DNA of 64,000 nucleotides. Origin: a virus. Location of the stretch: UHGV virus genome UHGV-1963645; one strand, 5' to 3'. How positions within the stretch are numbered: position 1 is the first letter of the stretch; each line of letters begins with the position of its first letter. The position numbers were made by a program, and so were the translations under genes. The notes beneath the pieces are model-generated. The model ran no database searches. It saw nothing but the letters and a program-made list of their open reading frames with translations, and had not been told where the DNA came from. Positions 10,223 through 22,134 of this stretch are shown piece after piece.

Positions 10223-10304
10223 CTTTGGCGTTTTTTAGCGAGTTCGTGCTTTTGTTGGCGTTTGGACCACCGCTTTTCTTTCAGTCGTTTTTTACTCATA
10301 AACT

Positions 10305-10793
10305 CTAAAACGGAATATCGTCTTCAAAGTCCATTGGAGGTTCGTTATTGGCGCTGCTCTGAGGTTTGCCGCCACCGCTGTATTGCTGGTGGTTTTGAGG
10401 TTGGTTTGACTGCCCCCAGCCATTTGAGGACTGTGAATCGTCGCGGCGAGCGCCGATCATTTGCATGGTGCCGCCCTGGCTGACGATAATTTCCGTCGTG
10501 TAACGTTCTACACCGGCGTCATCTGTCCACTTACGGGTTTTAAGTTTCCCTTCGATGTAGACCTGAGAACCTTTTCGTAAATACTCACTCGCGATTTCAG
10601 CAAGTTTTCCGAACAAAACGACTTTATGCCATTCTGTTTGCTCTTTCTGTTGGCCTGTTTGCTTGTCGCGCCATGATTCATTCGTTGCGATGCTGAGTCT
10701 TCCGACTGCTCCGCCATTTGGTATATACCTGATATCTGGGTCTTGTCCCAGGGTACCTATCAGGATGACTTTATTTACACCGCGTTGTGCCAC
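10305..10793 (-). CDS. ssb: single-stranded DNA-binding protein
   Basis: OB-fold SSB sequence with Gly/Gln-rich linker and C-terminal DFEDDIPF tail. Confidence 0.95.
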   Translation of the reverse strand: MAQRGVNKVILIGTLGQDPDIRYIPNGGAVGRLSIATNESWRDKQTGQQKEQTEWHKVVLFGKLAEIASEYLRKGSQVYIEGKLKTRKWTDDAGVERYTTEIIVSQGGTMQMIGARRDDSQSSNGWGQSNQPQNHQQYSGGGKPQSSANNEPPMDFEDDIPF

Positions 10794-10812
10794 TTATCTC
10801 ACCTAATAAAAT

Positions 10813-10829
10813 AAATTAATTAGAGCAAT
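10813..10829 (-). promoter_or_regulatory. C1 repressor operator (1 mismatch to ATTGCTCTAATAAATTT)
   Basis: AAATTAATTAGAGCAAT between divergent ssb and lyz. Confidence 0.6.
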
Positions 10830-10853
10830 AATGTATATCTTTGAAACGTAGCT

Positions 10854-10872
10854 AACAAGTGATTTGCATTAT
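10854..10872 (+). promoter_or_regulatory. candidate Lpa-dependent late promoter
   Basis: AACAAGTGA element followed by -10-like hexamer; same element upstream of prt and the tail cluster. Confidence 0.4.
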
Positions 10873-10962
10873 CCTGTACCTTCTAAAGGGATCGAGTCAG
10901 TCGGTATTGGCTGTGAATGGGTGTTTGTCCTGGAGCGTAAAAAATTCGCTTATGAGGTCTTT

Positions 10963-11520
10963 ATGAAGGGAAAAACAGCCGCAGGAGGCGGTGCAATTTG
11001 CGCTATCGCGGTGATGATTACCATCGTGATGGGTAATGGCAATGTGCGAACCAACCAGGCGGGGCTTGAGCTGATTGGTAACGCTGAAGGTTGCCGACGT
11101 GATCCATACATGTGCCCGGCGGGTGTATGGACTGACGGGATTGGTAATACACACGGGGTAACGCCAGGCGTGCGAAAAACCGACCAGCAAATCGCCGCTG
11201 ATTGGGAAAAGAATATCCTGATCGCTGAACGCTGTATTAACCAGCACTTCCTGGGCAAAGACATGCCCGATAATGCCTTCAGCGCAATGACAAGCGCGGC
11301 ATTCAATATGGGATGCAATAGTTTACGGACCTACTACAGCAAAGCGCGAGGCATGCGAGTAGAAACGTCCATCCACAAGTGGGCGCAGAAAGGAGAATGG
11401 GTGAATATGTGTAACCATCTCCCTGATTTCGTGAACAGTAACGGCGTGCCCCTGCGAGGTTTAAAGATTCGCCGTGAAAAAGAACGCCAGCTTTGCCTGA
11501 CGGGACTGGTCAATGAATAA
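10963..11520 (+). CDS. lyz: SAR endolysin (lysozyme)
   Basis: 185 aa from ATG with GAGG SD; N-terminal Gly/Ala-rich signal-arrest-release domain then lysozyme core (GLELIGNAEG); longer track ORF 10864 start rejected. Confidence 0.9.
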   Translation: MKGKTAAGGGAICAIAVMITIVMGNGNVRTNQAGLELIGNAEGCRRDPYMCPAGVWTDGIGNTHGVTPGVRKTDQQIAADWEKNILIAERCINQHFLGKDMPDNAFSAMTSAAFNMGCNSLRTYYSKARGMRVETSIHKWAQKGEWVNMCNHLPDFVNSNGVPLRGLKIRREKERQLCLTGLVNE

Positions 11521-11811
11521 ACTCCGGCAGCTCCGCCGACTTTCGACAATGAAGTTATCGCTGGCGGCGATAGTTTTCGACTCGATTTTCATGGCGGTAT
11601 ATGTGCTCAATGAGACGTGGCCACTGGAACCGCTATTATATGCCGGGCTTCGGCTGTGCCTGACATTTTTGAGCATGGCTGCAAGATTGATGCAGCAGAA
11701 AGAAACCGCTTCAGATTGCCCACGTCGCGCGGTGCGAAAATATATGGCACGCAGACGAAGGCGATAATAGTTAACGAGAACCCCGGCAGCCGCCGGGGTT
11801 ATTTTTGATGG

Positions 11812-12861
11812 TTATTTAAACGGATTGATTGAATTATTAAACGTGATGATGCTTGTCTCACGCGGTGCCTGGACGTTAGCCGCTTGCGGAACCTCCTTAA
11901 TTTTCTTGGTGACAGGCAAGTTGCGTGCGCCAACTTTGATCAGAGATTCGAAAAGTGTGGCAACGATTTTTGCATCACCAGGTTCTTTGAGGCGGAATGC
12001 GTCTTTTTGGGCGGCGGAGACGAAAATCGGGAGGTTATCCAGTTCGTCTTGCATTGCTGCCAGCACATCGTCGCGGATACCCGCTGTTTCCTCCAGCAAA
12101 GCGATTCGCGCTTCAGCATCTGCGATCTTGGCCATTGCTTCGAGGTGGCGGCCCTGGCTTTCGAGTAGTGCGGTTTCCAGTTCTGCCGTACGCTCTGTCG
12201 CCTCCACCATCATTTCCAGTTCAGCCATTTTGCCGTAATGGGATATAACGGCCTGCACTGACTCGTCGGAGTACCCATGCGCCGCCAGGGACTCTGCCAG
12301 TAAAGATTTAGAATCCGCGCTTTCAAACATTCCGGCGCTGGCAGGATGATCCAGACTGATATAGTTCGGCGTTGTCACATAATCCACACCATGGAAGCTG
12401 GTGGTTACAGCGATTTTCCCGGACTCACGCCCGCCAGTGGCCCAGCTCCAGCCACCAGCTCGGCTTTCGATCATCGCGGCGACAATTTTACCCGGCTCTG
12501 TGTTAAGAATTTCCTGTGTATGGGTAACGATGCCGTTGTCGTCAACGGATATAGCTACTGTGCGGCAAGCTGGAACATTGTCGATAACGACCGGGCGACC
12601 TTCCACCATGATCACGCTGGTTTCTGGTACTTCCAGTTTGCCGGTCAGCTGTCGGCGACCGTGACCGTAATAGCCGAAAAGCTCACCAAGGCGTAAACCT
12701 TCCTGAGTTTCCTTGCTTTCAAGCATGGTCTTTACCGCGCTTAATACATACTGTCGCCCGTTCTGGCGACCTTTTCTAGCATTACTATAGAGACAAAAGC
12801 GGTCAGTGACCGTTTTCAAAACATCAGTCATTCTCGTTTCCCTCTTTAAAGACCGATTCAA
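11812..12861 (-). CDS. pro: Pro-like head processing protein (putative prohead protease)
   Basis: 349 aa ORF between lyz and portal-like gene; assigned by synteny; start may be internal. Confidence 0.55.
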   Translation of the reverse strand: MNRSLKRETRMTDVLKTVTDRFCLYSNARKGRQNGRQYVLSAVKTMLESKETQEGLRLGELFGYYGHGRRQLTGKLEVPETSVIMVEGRPVVIDNVPACRTVAISVDDNGIVTHTQEILNTEPGKIVAAMIESRAGGWSWATGGRESGKIAVTTSFHGVDYVTTPNYISLDHPASAGMFESADSKSLLAESLAAHGYSDESVQAVISHYGKMAELEMMVEATERTAELETALLESQGRHLEAMAKIADAEARIALLEETAGIRDDVLAAMQDELDNLPIFVSAAQKDAFRLKEPGDAKIVATLFESLIKVGARNLPVTKKIKEVPQAANVQAPRETSIITFNNSINPFK

Positions 12862-12877
12862 GGATTTGCGCCAGTTC

Positions 12878-14542
<1,665 letters not shown>

Positions 14543-14576
14543 TTAATTAGAATAATTCGCATCGTGTTTGAACGGA

Positions 14577-14597
14577 ATTTAACACTAGTCACTTGTT
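14577..14597 (-). promoter_or_regulatory. candidate Lpa-dependent late promoter for prt-pro
   Basis: minus-strand AACAAGTGACTAGTGTTAAAT about 40 bp upstream of prt start. Confidence 0.4.
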
Positions 14598-14608
14598 AAG
14601 GATTACCA

Positions 14609-17600
14609 ATGAACAAGCTATCTATGGGTGTGTTTCGCTGTTCAAGTGTCAGCGAAATATTGAAATACATTAGGGCAATAACATCTCACCGAGCGCCGAT
14701 TAAATACGGCGTGGAAAAGGTGGAAGGCAAAAGCTATGACCGACTGCGCCGGGAGGCGAATCAGAAGGCGATAGATTTGCTTAATTCGCTGGTGGACGGC
14801 GCGACACTGACAGATGAACAGCGCCAGATCCTGGCCGGGTACACTGGTGAAGGCGGCATTGGCGGGTCCGTCTCCGAATATTACACACCAAAGCCTATCG
14901 CTGAAGGTGTCTGGGAGATCATGAAGCTCTACGGCGCGGACGTAGGTAACACTCTGGAACCATCGGCGGGAACCGGCGTTTTTAATGAGACAAAACCGGT
15001 TGGTACGGTGATGACCGCGACTGAGATCAGCAGTGTTTCCGGTCGTATAAACCAGTTGTTACACCCGGAAGACAGCGTACAGATTTCCCCGTTCGAACAG
15101 CTGGCTATAAACACGCCTAACGATTCATTCGACCATGTTGTGGGTAACGTTCCGTTCGGCGGTCGTGATAACACACGCAACATCGATAAGCCTTACGCAG
15201 AAGAAACGGACATGGGGTCTTACTTCATGCTCCGCATGCTGGACAAGATAAAACCTGGCGGATTCATGTGTGTGATTGTGCCGCCGTCCATTGTTTCAGG
15301 TTCAAACATGAAACGGTTACGCCTGCGCCTATCACGGAAAGCTGAATTTCTTGGTGCCCACCGCTTGCCTACCGGTACTTTTGACGCAAACGGGACCAGT
15401 ACAGTTGTTGATGTGGTGCTGATGCGCAAACATCCGGCAGAGATGGCTGAGAAAATCCCCCTGGTGGATGAAAGCACTCTCGAATCGGCAAATGTGCTTT
15501 GGCCAACGTTTATTTCTGGCAAGTGGTTTGAAAAGGACGGCCGCCGGTTTGTTCATGGCACCCAGGAAAAGGGCTTCCAGGGGCGTATTGAGGTTCGTGC
15601 CGACGGTCAGATTGATAACCAGGCTCTTAAAGCGAAGCTGATTCATCGTTTCGAAAGCCGTATCGACTGGTCTTTGCTCGATATGGCTGAACCGTCACCG
15701 ACCGCAGACGTTGTTGGTGAAGGGGAAATGCGCCTGATTAATGGCGTATGGCAAAAATATGCTGGTGGTCGCTGGATTGAAGCTGATGCCGGGAAGGAAC
15801 TTAAGATCGATGCTGCCAGTTATGGCGCGGATAGCTGGGAGGCTCTTCAGCGTAACCTGACTACAACAGAAGGCCGTCTCGGCATGACATTTACCCAGAT
15901 GGCAAATGTCCGCGATAAGTACACCACATCAATCAGCGACGATATGGTGCAGCTGGTGGACTGGATTAACAGCCAGCCTGAAAAATACCGTGAACGCTTG
16001 TATCGCGGGGCGATGATTGGCCGGATGTTAATTGAATATCAGGACATGAAGGCCGCCGGGCATAGTGCTGAACAAATCGAACAGCAGCGCCTTTCTCTGG
16101 TATCCCGTTTGCAGGCAGAGATTGACCGTTTTGGTAACCCCGGTCGCGGTCCGATAGCGAAATTGTCGGGGAGCGGTGCGCGCGCCTGGTTTGCTTTCCG
16201 TGGTGCAATTAAGCTGGATGGCACTATTTCTGACGAGCTGACAGGGAAGCTGGTTACGCATGATTCCAGCGCAAGTTATGACTCCACCAGCTATCAGGAC
16301 ACCCTGCGTTATCTCTATAGCGATCTCACCCGCGATCCAATCCAGCTCGATGATTTCCGCCTTGCGTTTACCGGCGAACTGCCAGCCAGTGATGAAGAGT
16401 TGCTTAATTTATTGGCCAGCACCCCTGGTATTGCGGTTTCACCGTATGGCGGGATTGTTCCGTTCGCCCGCGCCACCAGCGGCGACATTAACGAGATAGT
16501 GGCTCCAAAACAGGAATTCCTCGCCACACTCCCCGACGGTCCAGTAAAGAACAACGTCCTTAATCAGCTGGCAGCTATCGAAGAGAAGCGCATCAAGACG
16601 CCAGCAGATAATATCCGGTTTAAGCTCAATAGCCGTTGGTTCGACCGTTCCGTCATTCTGGAATTTTTGCAGGAAAACGGCTATCCGGATCTGCGCTATG
16701 TGCAGTCAGTGCAGCTGGAAGGCGACGAAATGGTTTCTGACACCTATCACGGTGGTGATGGTCTGTTCGTCGGGCACCGATACGGTGTCGTCCAGCGCAA
16801 GGATAAAGAAACAGGTGAGATTCGCTACGAGTGGGACCGTAAATCAGGTGAAAACGCGACCGGGTTCCCGGCACAGCTGGAAAAGTATCTCAATGGTGCG
16901 CGTATCGGTGGCAAAGATAGCGCGACGGCGAACGGCTACCGCGAGCAGATGGCACTGCTTGAGGACCAGTTCAATAAGTGGATCAAGACGCACGATCGCT
17001 ACGATGAGCTGGTTGCCAAATACAACGATGTGTTCAATAGCAATATCCCGTATGAACACTCTGGCGATCCGCTTGGGTTGAAGGGATTAAGCGGTAAGCG
17101 CCAGCCATTTGATTACCAGAATAGCGAGGTGCGCCGACTGTCCGAAGATGGGCGCGGCATCCTGGGCTTCGGCACCGGGCTGGGTAAAACTACGACCGCG
17201 CTGGCGCTTGAGGCGTTCAACTATGAGAACGGTCGCTCCACCCGTACTGCGTATGTAGTGCCTAAATCAGTGCTGGAAAACTGGTATTACGAAGCAAAAG
17301 AATTCCTGAGTGAAGAGGCATTCAGTAACTACCTGTTCGTCGGTCTTGATGTGCTGATGGATGGCGATCAGATTCGCCAGGTGCAGGTGCTCGATGAGAA
17401 CGGTAAACCTGTTCTTGGTACTGATGGCACTCCAGTTATGCGCGATGCTCTTAAGCTGGCAGATGAAGCCACTATCACGGCGCGGATGAACGCGATCCCG
17501 CACTCAAATTACCGTGCAGTCGTGTTTACCAAAGAACAATACGCCCGCATTCCGCTACGTGATGACACCGTAGATGAGCATGCACAGGATATGCTTTATG

Positions 17601-20600
17601 ACTTCGTTGCCGCCGGACGCGTAGCCAGCGCAATGGACTCCGACTCCCACCGCAAAGAGGCCGCGCGTCGCCGGGTATTGTCGGAGTATTCAGATACCGG
17701 CACCGAAAAAGCAGAGAAGTATCCGTACTTTGAGGATATGGGCTTCGATAGTGTGATCGCTGACGAAGGTCACAACTACCGCAATAGCTATAAAAATGGT
17801 CGCGAAGCGTCACAACTGGCCTATCTGCCCACCAGCGCGGTGGCGCAATCGGCGCGAGATATGGCAATTAAAAACGCGTACCTGATGAAAAAGAATGGTG
17901 GGCGCGGGCCGGTTCTCCTGACTGCAACGCCAGTCGTTAACACCCCGATCGATGCATACAACATGCTTTCTCATGTTCTGCCGAAGGAATACTGGCAGAA
18001 CATGGGGATCTACGGTCCTGATGACTTCGTTAAATTCTTCGGCAAGACCAGGCTGGAAACGGTACAGAAAATTAGCGGTGAAGTTGAAGAAAAAATGGCG
18101 CTGGTGGGCTTTGAAAACCTTGATGCGCTGCGCGGTATATTCCATCGCTGGGTAACGCTTAAAACGGCGGAAGACGTTAAGGATACCGTGGAGATCCCGG
18201 AGCTGGACGAACACCAGCAGGATGCACCACTTACTGAAGAACAACTGGCGGCGTATGAAGAATTGCGTCAGCAGGCGGAAGCGGCGGCCAAAGCCAACAA
18301 TGGCGTAACGACCTCGGTCAATGAAGACGGCGTGATTGAGCACGAGAAAGCCCGTCCGATCTTCTCAATAATCAGGGATATGGACCGCGTATGTACTGAC
18401 ATGGACCTGTACTATCGCCGGATCACCTATCGTTTCCTGCCGGAGTACGCCGATGCGGTGCAGCAGCTGGCGGACAGTTTGCCTAAACAAGCCACCAGCG
18501 AAGACGACGACAGTGATGATTCAATCACGCAGCAATCGCAATACTCCCTGATAGATAAGGGCGAGTTTATTCAGTTGCAGGTTCCGGAAGCGTTCGAGCA
18601 GGAAGTGAATAAGCGCCTGGCCAGGTTTGGCATTGACGAACAGACCGTAACTCACCCCGTTACGCCCAAATACGCGAAGCTGATTGCCACGCTGAAGGAG
18701 TTTTTCCCGGAAGGTAAGCAAATCATCTTCACCGATGAAAAAACGCAGCACCAGAAGCTCAAGCGCATTATCTGCAATGCTCTTAACCTTGAACCTTCAA
18801 AGGTGGGGATACTGAATGCTCAGACGGTTGCCGAGGCAGGTAAAACCGGTAAGAAACTGAAAGCGGTTAAACCGCCGAAAGAGTTACCGGATGAACCAAC
18901 AGATGCACAGATAGCGAAATACAACGAGCAAATGGCTCTGTATGACGCCTATATCGCGCAGCAAAATGAAATGTCGTTGGGCGGTCTGGAAAAGATTGCA
19001 GCCGACTTCCAGGAGGGCCGGACTCCGATCATCATCTGCAACAAAAAGGCAGAGGTGGGTATCAACCTGCATCGAGGAACGACTGACATCCATCATCTGA
19101 CGTTGCCATGGACTCCAGCCAGTATTGCGCAACGAAACGGTCGCGGTGCCCGAGTTGGCTCCAACCGTGCAAGCGTTCGCGTTCACTACTACTGCGGCAA
19201 GGGGTCTTTCGATGAATACCGACTGAAGACGCTGAAGCGTAAAGCAGGCTGGATCTCCGATATCCTCCGTTCAGATAAGTCAGAAATGGAGAACGCCGAC
19301 GCCAACGATATGATCGAAATGCAGATGTATACCGCGAAGGATGACGGCGAACGTCTGGCAATGATGCAGGTTCAAATGGATAAGGCGAAAGCTGCGAAAC
19401 GCGCTCGCCAGAAAGAACAGGCTACTATCGACCTTCAGAACTACATCAAGGCGCAGCACGCAGCTGGTGAGGATGTGGAGGTACTTACCGCTGAATTGGA
19501 GCGAAGCAAAGCGGAACTTGAAAAGACCACCGCCGACGTCGCCAAATTCAAACAGGCGGTAATGGCCAAAGCAGCTGATAACGCAGACTGGAAAGCCCGC
19601 TGGGGTAGCGTCCATCACACAGACCGTATGTTGTTAGCACAGTATCGCGCGTCGTTGAAAAGCGCCATTCAGCGCAAGGCTAATATCTCTCAGGCCATCT
19701 CCCGCTATGAGAAATTATTGAACCGTACTCAGAAGGCCGCGACGGATATCAAACGCCTGCGCCCGCTGGTGGAGGATGCAATAAATAAAGGCATTCTGGA
19801 TGTTGATCCTGATCTGGTTAACCATGCGAATGAGTTCCTTGTTATCGGCGATCGCTCATGGCGTGTAGGCCAATACTATGATTGTGCCGGTGATATCGTT
19901 CGCATTAAGTCGCTGGACTTCGACAGCCAGCGCGCAGACGTGGAGATCATCTTTACCTTCAAAGGCACCAAATCGGGTAACTGGGATGTGAAGACGCTGG
20001 ATAAACAGGTTGATGTAACTCCCGATGAAGATGCTGTTATGCAGAAAATCAGTGGTGGCGTCTCCATCGCCGGGATTAACGACATCGTTTCCTGTGACGA
20101 TTTCTACCGTTTCCAGCAGCGCGGCATGATCAAAATCACTGACTCATACGGCGTTCAGACTACAGAGTCAGGCTATAGCATTGATTTTGTTGGTACCTAT
20201 ACGGACCCACTGAAGCATGCGGTTTACCCGGATCGCCGTGACGGCGCGCTGAAGTCGTCAATTGCAAAATGGGTGCTTGGTATGATGTCGGAAGGGAATA
20301 ACCGCCAGATCCGTTCGGCAGAAGCATTCCTGGTTGAACTGTTTGGCTCCAATTATGGCGATGTAATCGCGTCATACGGAGATACGCTATCCCCTGAAGC
20401 AATTCAGGAGAAAATAGCGGATGCGATCGCCAGAATGCCGGAGAAAACAAGCCAGGGGGCTACTCGTAACGGGGATTCTGAACTTGAAGTCACCAATGCC
20501 ATTTTCGGTACCAATGAGTTCCGGGCGTCAGATTATGAGATCACCACAGCACAGTTTGGCACCATTGGCATTTACAGCAATAAAGCCGAGATCAAGCAGG

Positions 20601-21376
20601 CAATGGACGCAGCAAGCGCGCGCATCGCAGCAGAACGGGAAGCCAATCTGAATCATGCAGTCGCCGCGCTGACTCAATCGTGGGTAACAGCAATCAGGGA
20701 GGCCGCCACCACAGGGAAAATCACACCTGCAATTGCGGATGTCGTAAACGACGGCTCTAAATTTATGGATGCCTATCAAATGGATGCGGTGAAGTTGCCA
20801 TCAGCCTATGGTCAACTCAGCTATCGCATGACCTACAACCTGGTATCAATGTTTTCCGACCTTGCCATCCTTGGGCTGGTGGATCTTAACGAGGTTACGC
20901 CGGAATTGCTCAGCATGCGCAAGAATCATGTGGAGATATTGCAGAGAGTTAACACGGTTCTTGCCGGACGCACCGATGAAGAGAAACAGGCCGACGCTGA
21001 TCGGATAAACCTGGCCCTTGGCAACATCACGGAGGAAGAAATTGCCGCCAGAAACGAGAAACAAGAAGAGTTATCATCAATACAGGGTGATGCCACCAGC
21101 ATAGCTCAGTCTCTTGGTCTGAATTATCGCGTATCCACCGCCGACCTGAAGATGATGTACGCACCAAAATTCGCCGCTGGCGAGGTATTTGGGCTTCAGG
21201 AAGCCTCAGGCATGAAAGGCGTTCTTTTCCGTGCGAAAGACGCAATCAAGGCGAAATTCGGCGCTCGCTGGCTGCCAGCGAAGGCGAAGAACAGCGATTT
21301 CCCGGGTAACTGGTGGATTATCGAGACAAAACACAACGTGGCGGACGTTCTGGCCGTCATCCAACAATACGCATAA
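14609..21376 (+). CDS. darB: DarB, anti-restriction protein with N6-adenine methyltransferase and SF2 helicase domains
   Basis: 2255 aa, same length as P1 DarB; methyltransferase motif GNVPFG; helicase Walker A GTGLGKTT and DEGH box. Confidence 0.9.
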   Translation: MNKLSMGVFRCSSVSEILKYIRAITSHRAPIKYGVEKVEGKSYDRLRREANQKAIDLLNSLVDGATLTDEQRQILAGYTGEGGIGGSVSEYYTPKPIAEGVWEIMKLYGADVGNTLEPSAGTGVFNETKPVGTVMTATEISSVSGRINQLLHPEDSVQISPFEQLAINTPNDSFDHVVGNVPFGGRDNTRNIDKPYAEETDMGSYFMLRMLDKIKPGGFMCVIVPPSIVSGSNMKRLRLRLSRKAEFLGAHRLPTGTFDANGTSTVVDVVLMRKHPAEMAEKIPLVDESTLESANVLWPTFISGKWFEKDGRRFVHGTQEKGFQGRIEVRADGQIDNQALKAKLIHRFESRIDWSLLDMAEPSPTADVVGEGEMRLINGVWQKYAGGRWIEADAGKELKIDAASYGADSWEALQRNLTTTEGRLGMTFTQMANVRDKYTTSISDDMVQLVDWINSQPEKYRERLYRGAMIGRMLIEYQDMKAAGHSAEQIEQQRLSLVSRLQAEIDRFGNPGRGPIAKLSGSGARAWFAFRGAIKLDGTISDELTGKLVTHDSSASYDSTSYQDTLRYLYSDLTRDPIQLDDFRLAFTGELPASDEELLNLLASTPGIAVSPYGGIVPFARATSGDINEIVAPKQEFLATLPDGPVKNNVLNQLAAIEEKRIKTPADNIRFKLNSRWFDRSVILEFLQENGYPDLRYVQSVQLEGDEMVSDTYHGGDGLFVGHRYGVVQRKDKETGEIRYEWDRKSGENATGFPAQLEKYLNGARIGGKDSATANGYREQMALLEDQFNKWIKTHDRYDELVAKYNDVFNSNIPYEHSGDPLGLKGLSGKRQPFDYQNSEVRRLSEDGRGILGFGTGLGKTTTALALEAFNYENGRSTRTAYVVPKSVLENWYYEAKEFLSEEAFSNYLFVGLDVLMDGDQIRQVQVLDENGKPVLGTDGTPVMRDALKLADEATITARMNAIPHSNYRAVVFTKEQYARIPLRDDTVDEHAQDMLYDFVAAGRVASAMDSDSHRKEAARRRVLSEYSDTGTEKAEKYPYFEDMGFDSVIADEGHNYRNSYKNGREASQLAYLPTSAVAQSARDMAIKNAYLMKKNGGRGPVLLTATPVVNTPIDAYNMLSHVLPKEYWQNMGIYGPDDFVKFFGKTRLETVQKISGEVEEKMALVGFENLDALRGIFHRWVTLKTAEDVKDTVEIPELDEHQQDAPLTEEQLAAYEELRQQAEAAAKANNGVTTSVNEDGVIEHEKARPIFSIIRDMDRVCTDMDLYYRRITYRFLPEYADAVQQLADSLPKQATSEDDDSDDSITQQSQYSLIDKGEFIQLQVPEAFEQEVNKRLARFGIDEQTVTHPVTPKYAKLIATLKEFFPEGKQIIFTDEKTQHQKLKRIICNALNLEPSKVGILNAQTVAEAGKTGKKLKAVKPPKELPDEPTDAQIAKYNEQMALYDAYIAQQNEMSLGGLEKIAADFQEGRTPIIICNKKAEVGINLHRGTTDIHHLTLPWTPASIAQRNGRGARVGSNRASVRVHYYCGKGSFDEYRLKTLKRKAGWISDILRSDKSEMENADANDMIEMQMYTAKDDGERLAMMQVQMDKAKAAKRARQKEQATIDLQNYIKAQHAAGEDVEVLTAELERSKAELEKTTADVAKFKQAVMAKAADNADWKARWGSVHHTDRMLLAQYRASLKSAIQRKANISQAISRYEKLLNRTQKAATDIKRLRPLVEDAINKGILDVDPDLVNHANEFLVIGDRSWRVGQYYDCAGDIVRIKSLDFDSQRADVEIIFTFKGTKSGNWDVKTLDKQVDVTPDEDAVMQKISGGVSIAGINDIVSCDDFYRFQQRGMIKITDSYGVQTTESGYSIDFVGTYTDPLKHAVYPDRRDGALKSSIAKWVLGMMSEGNNRQIRSAEAFLVELFGSNYGDVIASYGDTLSPEAIQEKIADAIARMPEKTSQGATRNGDSELEVTNAIFGTNEFRASDYEITTAQFGTIGIYSNKAEIKQAMDAASARIAAEREANLNHAVAALTQSWVTAIREAATTGKITPAIADVVNDGSKFMDAYQMDAVKLPSAYGQLSYRMTYNLVSMFSDLAILGLVDLNEVTPELLSMRKNHVEILQRVNTVLAGRTDEEKQADADRINLALGNITEEEIAARNEKQEELSSIQGDATSIAQSLGLNYRVSTADLKMMYAPKFAAGEVFGLQEASGMKGVLFRAKDAIKAKFGARWLPAKAKNSDFPGNWWIIETKHNVADVLAVIQQYA

Positions 21377-21409
21377 CAGGAGCGCCCGGTTCGCCGGGCG
21401 TCGCATAAT

Positions 21410-21850
21410 ATGGCCACACTATCTGATACAATAAAACCGAATAAAACATATCTTGAGGCGGTACTGCGTACGGCATTGTTAGGAAAGACAGAAGACGAAT
21501 ACGTTGATTTCTTCCTGTCAGGGCTACGCGGGCGATTACTGAAAAATCCCCGCCTGTACCGCAGCTATGGCCCATACTGGCCGGAAATTAAAAAATTATT
21601 ACTGGAGCGCGGTTATGGTAATTTCGGTCGTCTCGTTGACCGTGACGTTCGCAAAATTTACCGTTATGACCGCCCGGCGCTAACACTCATAGCCGCGACG
21701 CTCTACAGCCAGGAGCGTTTTGATAATGGTCAGATATACTCAGCCTGGCATTTACTGCCAGTGCCTGAAGAAGTTGACGACCAGGACTATGAGTTTGAGT
21801 CTTACGATTTGGAAGTTGAAGCCTTGGCACAGGCTGGAGAGAAAACTTGA
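21410..21850 (+). CDS. ulx: Ulx-like protein
   Basis: 146 aa ORF immediately downstream of darB, same strand; synteny only. Confidence 0.5.
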   Translation: MATLSDTIKPNKTYLEAVLRTALLGKTEDEYVDFFLSGLRGRLLKNPRLYRSYGPYWPEIKKLLLERGYGNFGRLVDRDVRKIYRYDRPALTLIAATLYSQERFDNGQIYSAWHLLPVPEEVDDQDYEFESYDLEVEALAQAGEKT

Positions 21851-22095
21851 AAAAGCGATACTACACAGTAAAGCATGGGACGCTACGAGCATTACAAGAG
21901 TTTGCTGACAAGCATAACGTTGAGGTGCGCAGGGAAGGGGGAAGTAAAGCTCTGCGCATGTACCGTCCGGACGGGAAATGGCGTACGGTCGTCGATTTCA
22001 AAACTAACAGTGTTCCCCAGGGCGTCCGCGATCGGGCATTCGAAGAATGGGAGCAGATCATCATAGATAACGCATTGCTCCTGAATGCTGATTAA
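21847..22095 (+). CDS. lxc: Lxc-like small protein (immT)
   Basis: 82 aa ORF coupled to ulx-like gene; synteny only. Confidence 0.4.
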   Translation: MKKRYYTVKHGTLRALQEFADKHNVEVRREGGSKALRMYRPDGKWRTVVDFKTNSVPQGVRDRAFEEWEQIIIDNALLLNAD

Positions 22096-22110
22096 ACTTT
22101 CCGCCCTTTT

Positions 22111-22129
22111 GCCCGGTCTGTCGCCGGGC
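22111..22129. terminator. hairpin between convergent lxc-like and mat-like genes
   Basis: GCCCGG-TCTGTCG-CCGGGC stem-loop in 40-bp gap. Confidence 0.4.
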
Positions 22130-22134
22130 ATCTT

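Noticed and set aside
10864-10962. N-terminal extension of lyz giving a 218-aa protein
   Set aside because: The ATG at 10963 has a GAGG SD and yields the 185-aa SAR endolysin; the extension has no RBS
14929-21245. Numerous 60-180 aa ORFs on both strands inside darB
   Set aside because: All are nested within the 2255-aa darB reading frame, which has recognisable methyltransferase and helicase motifs throughout
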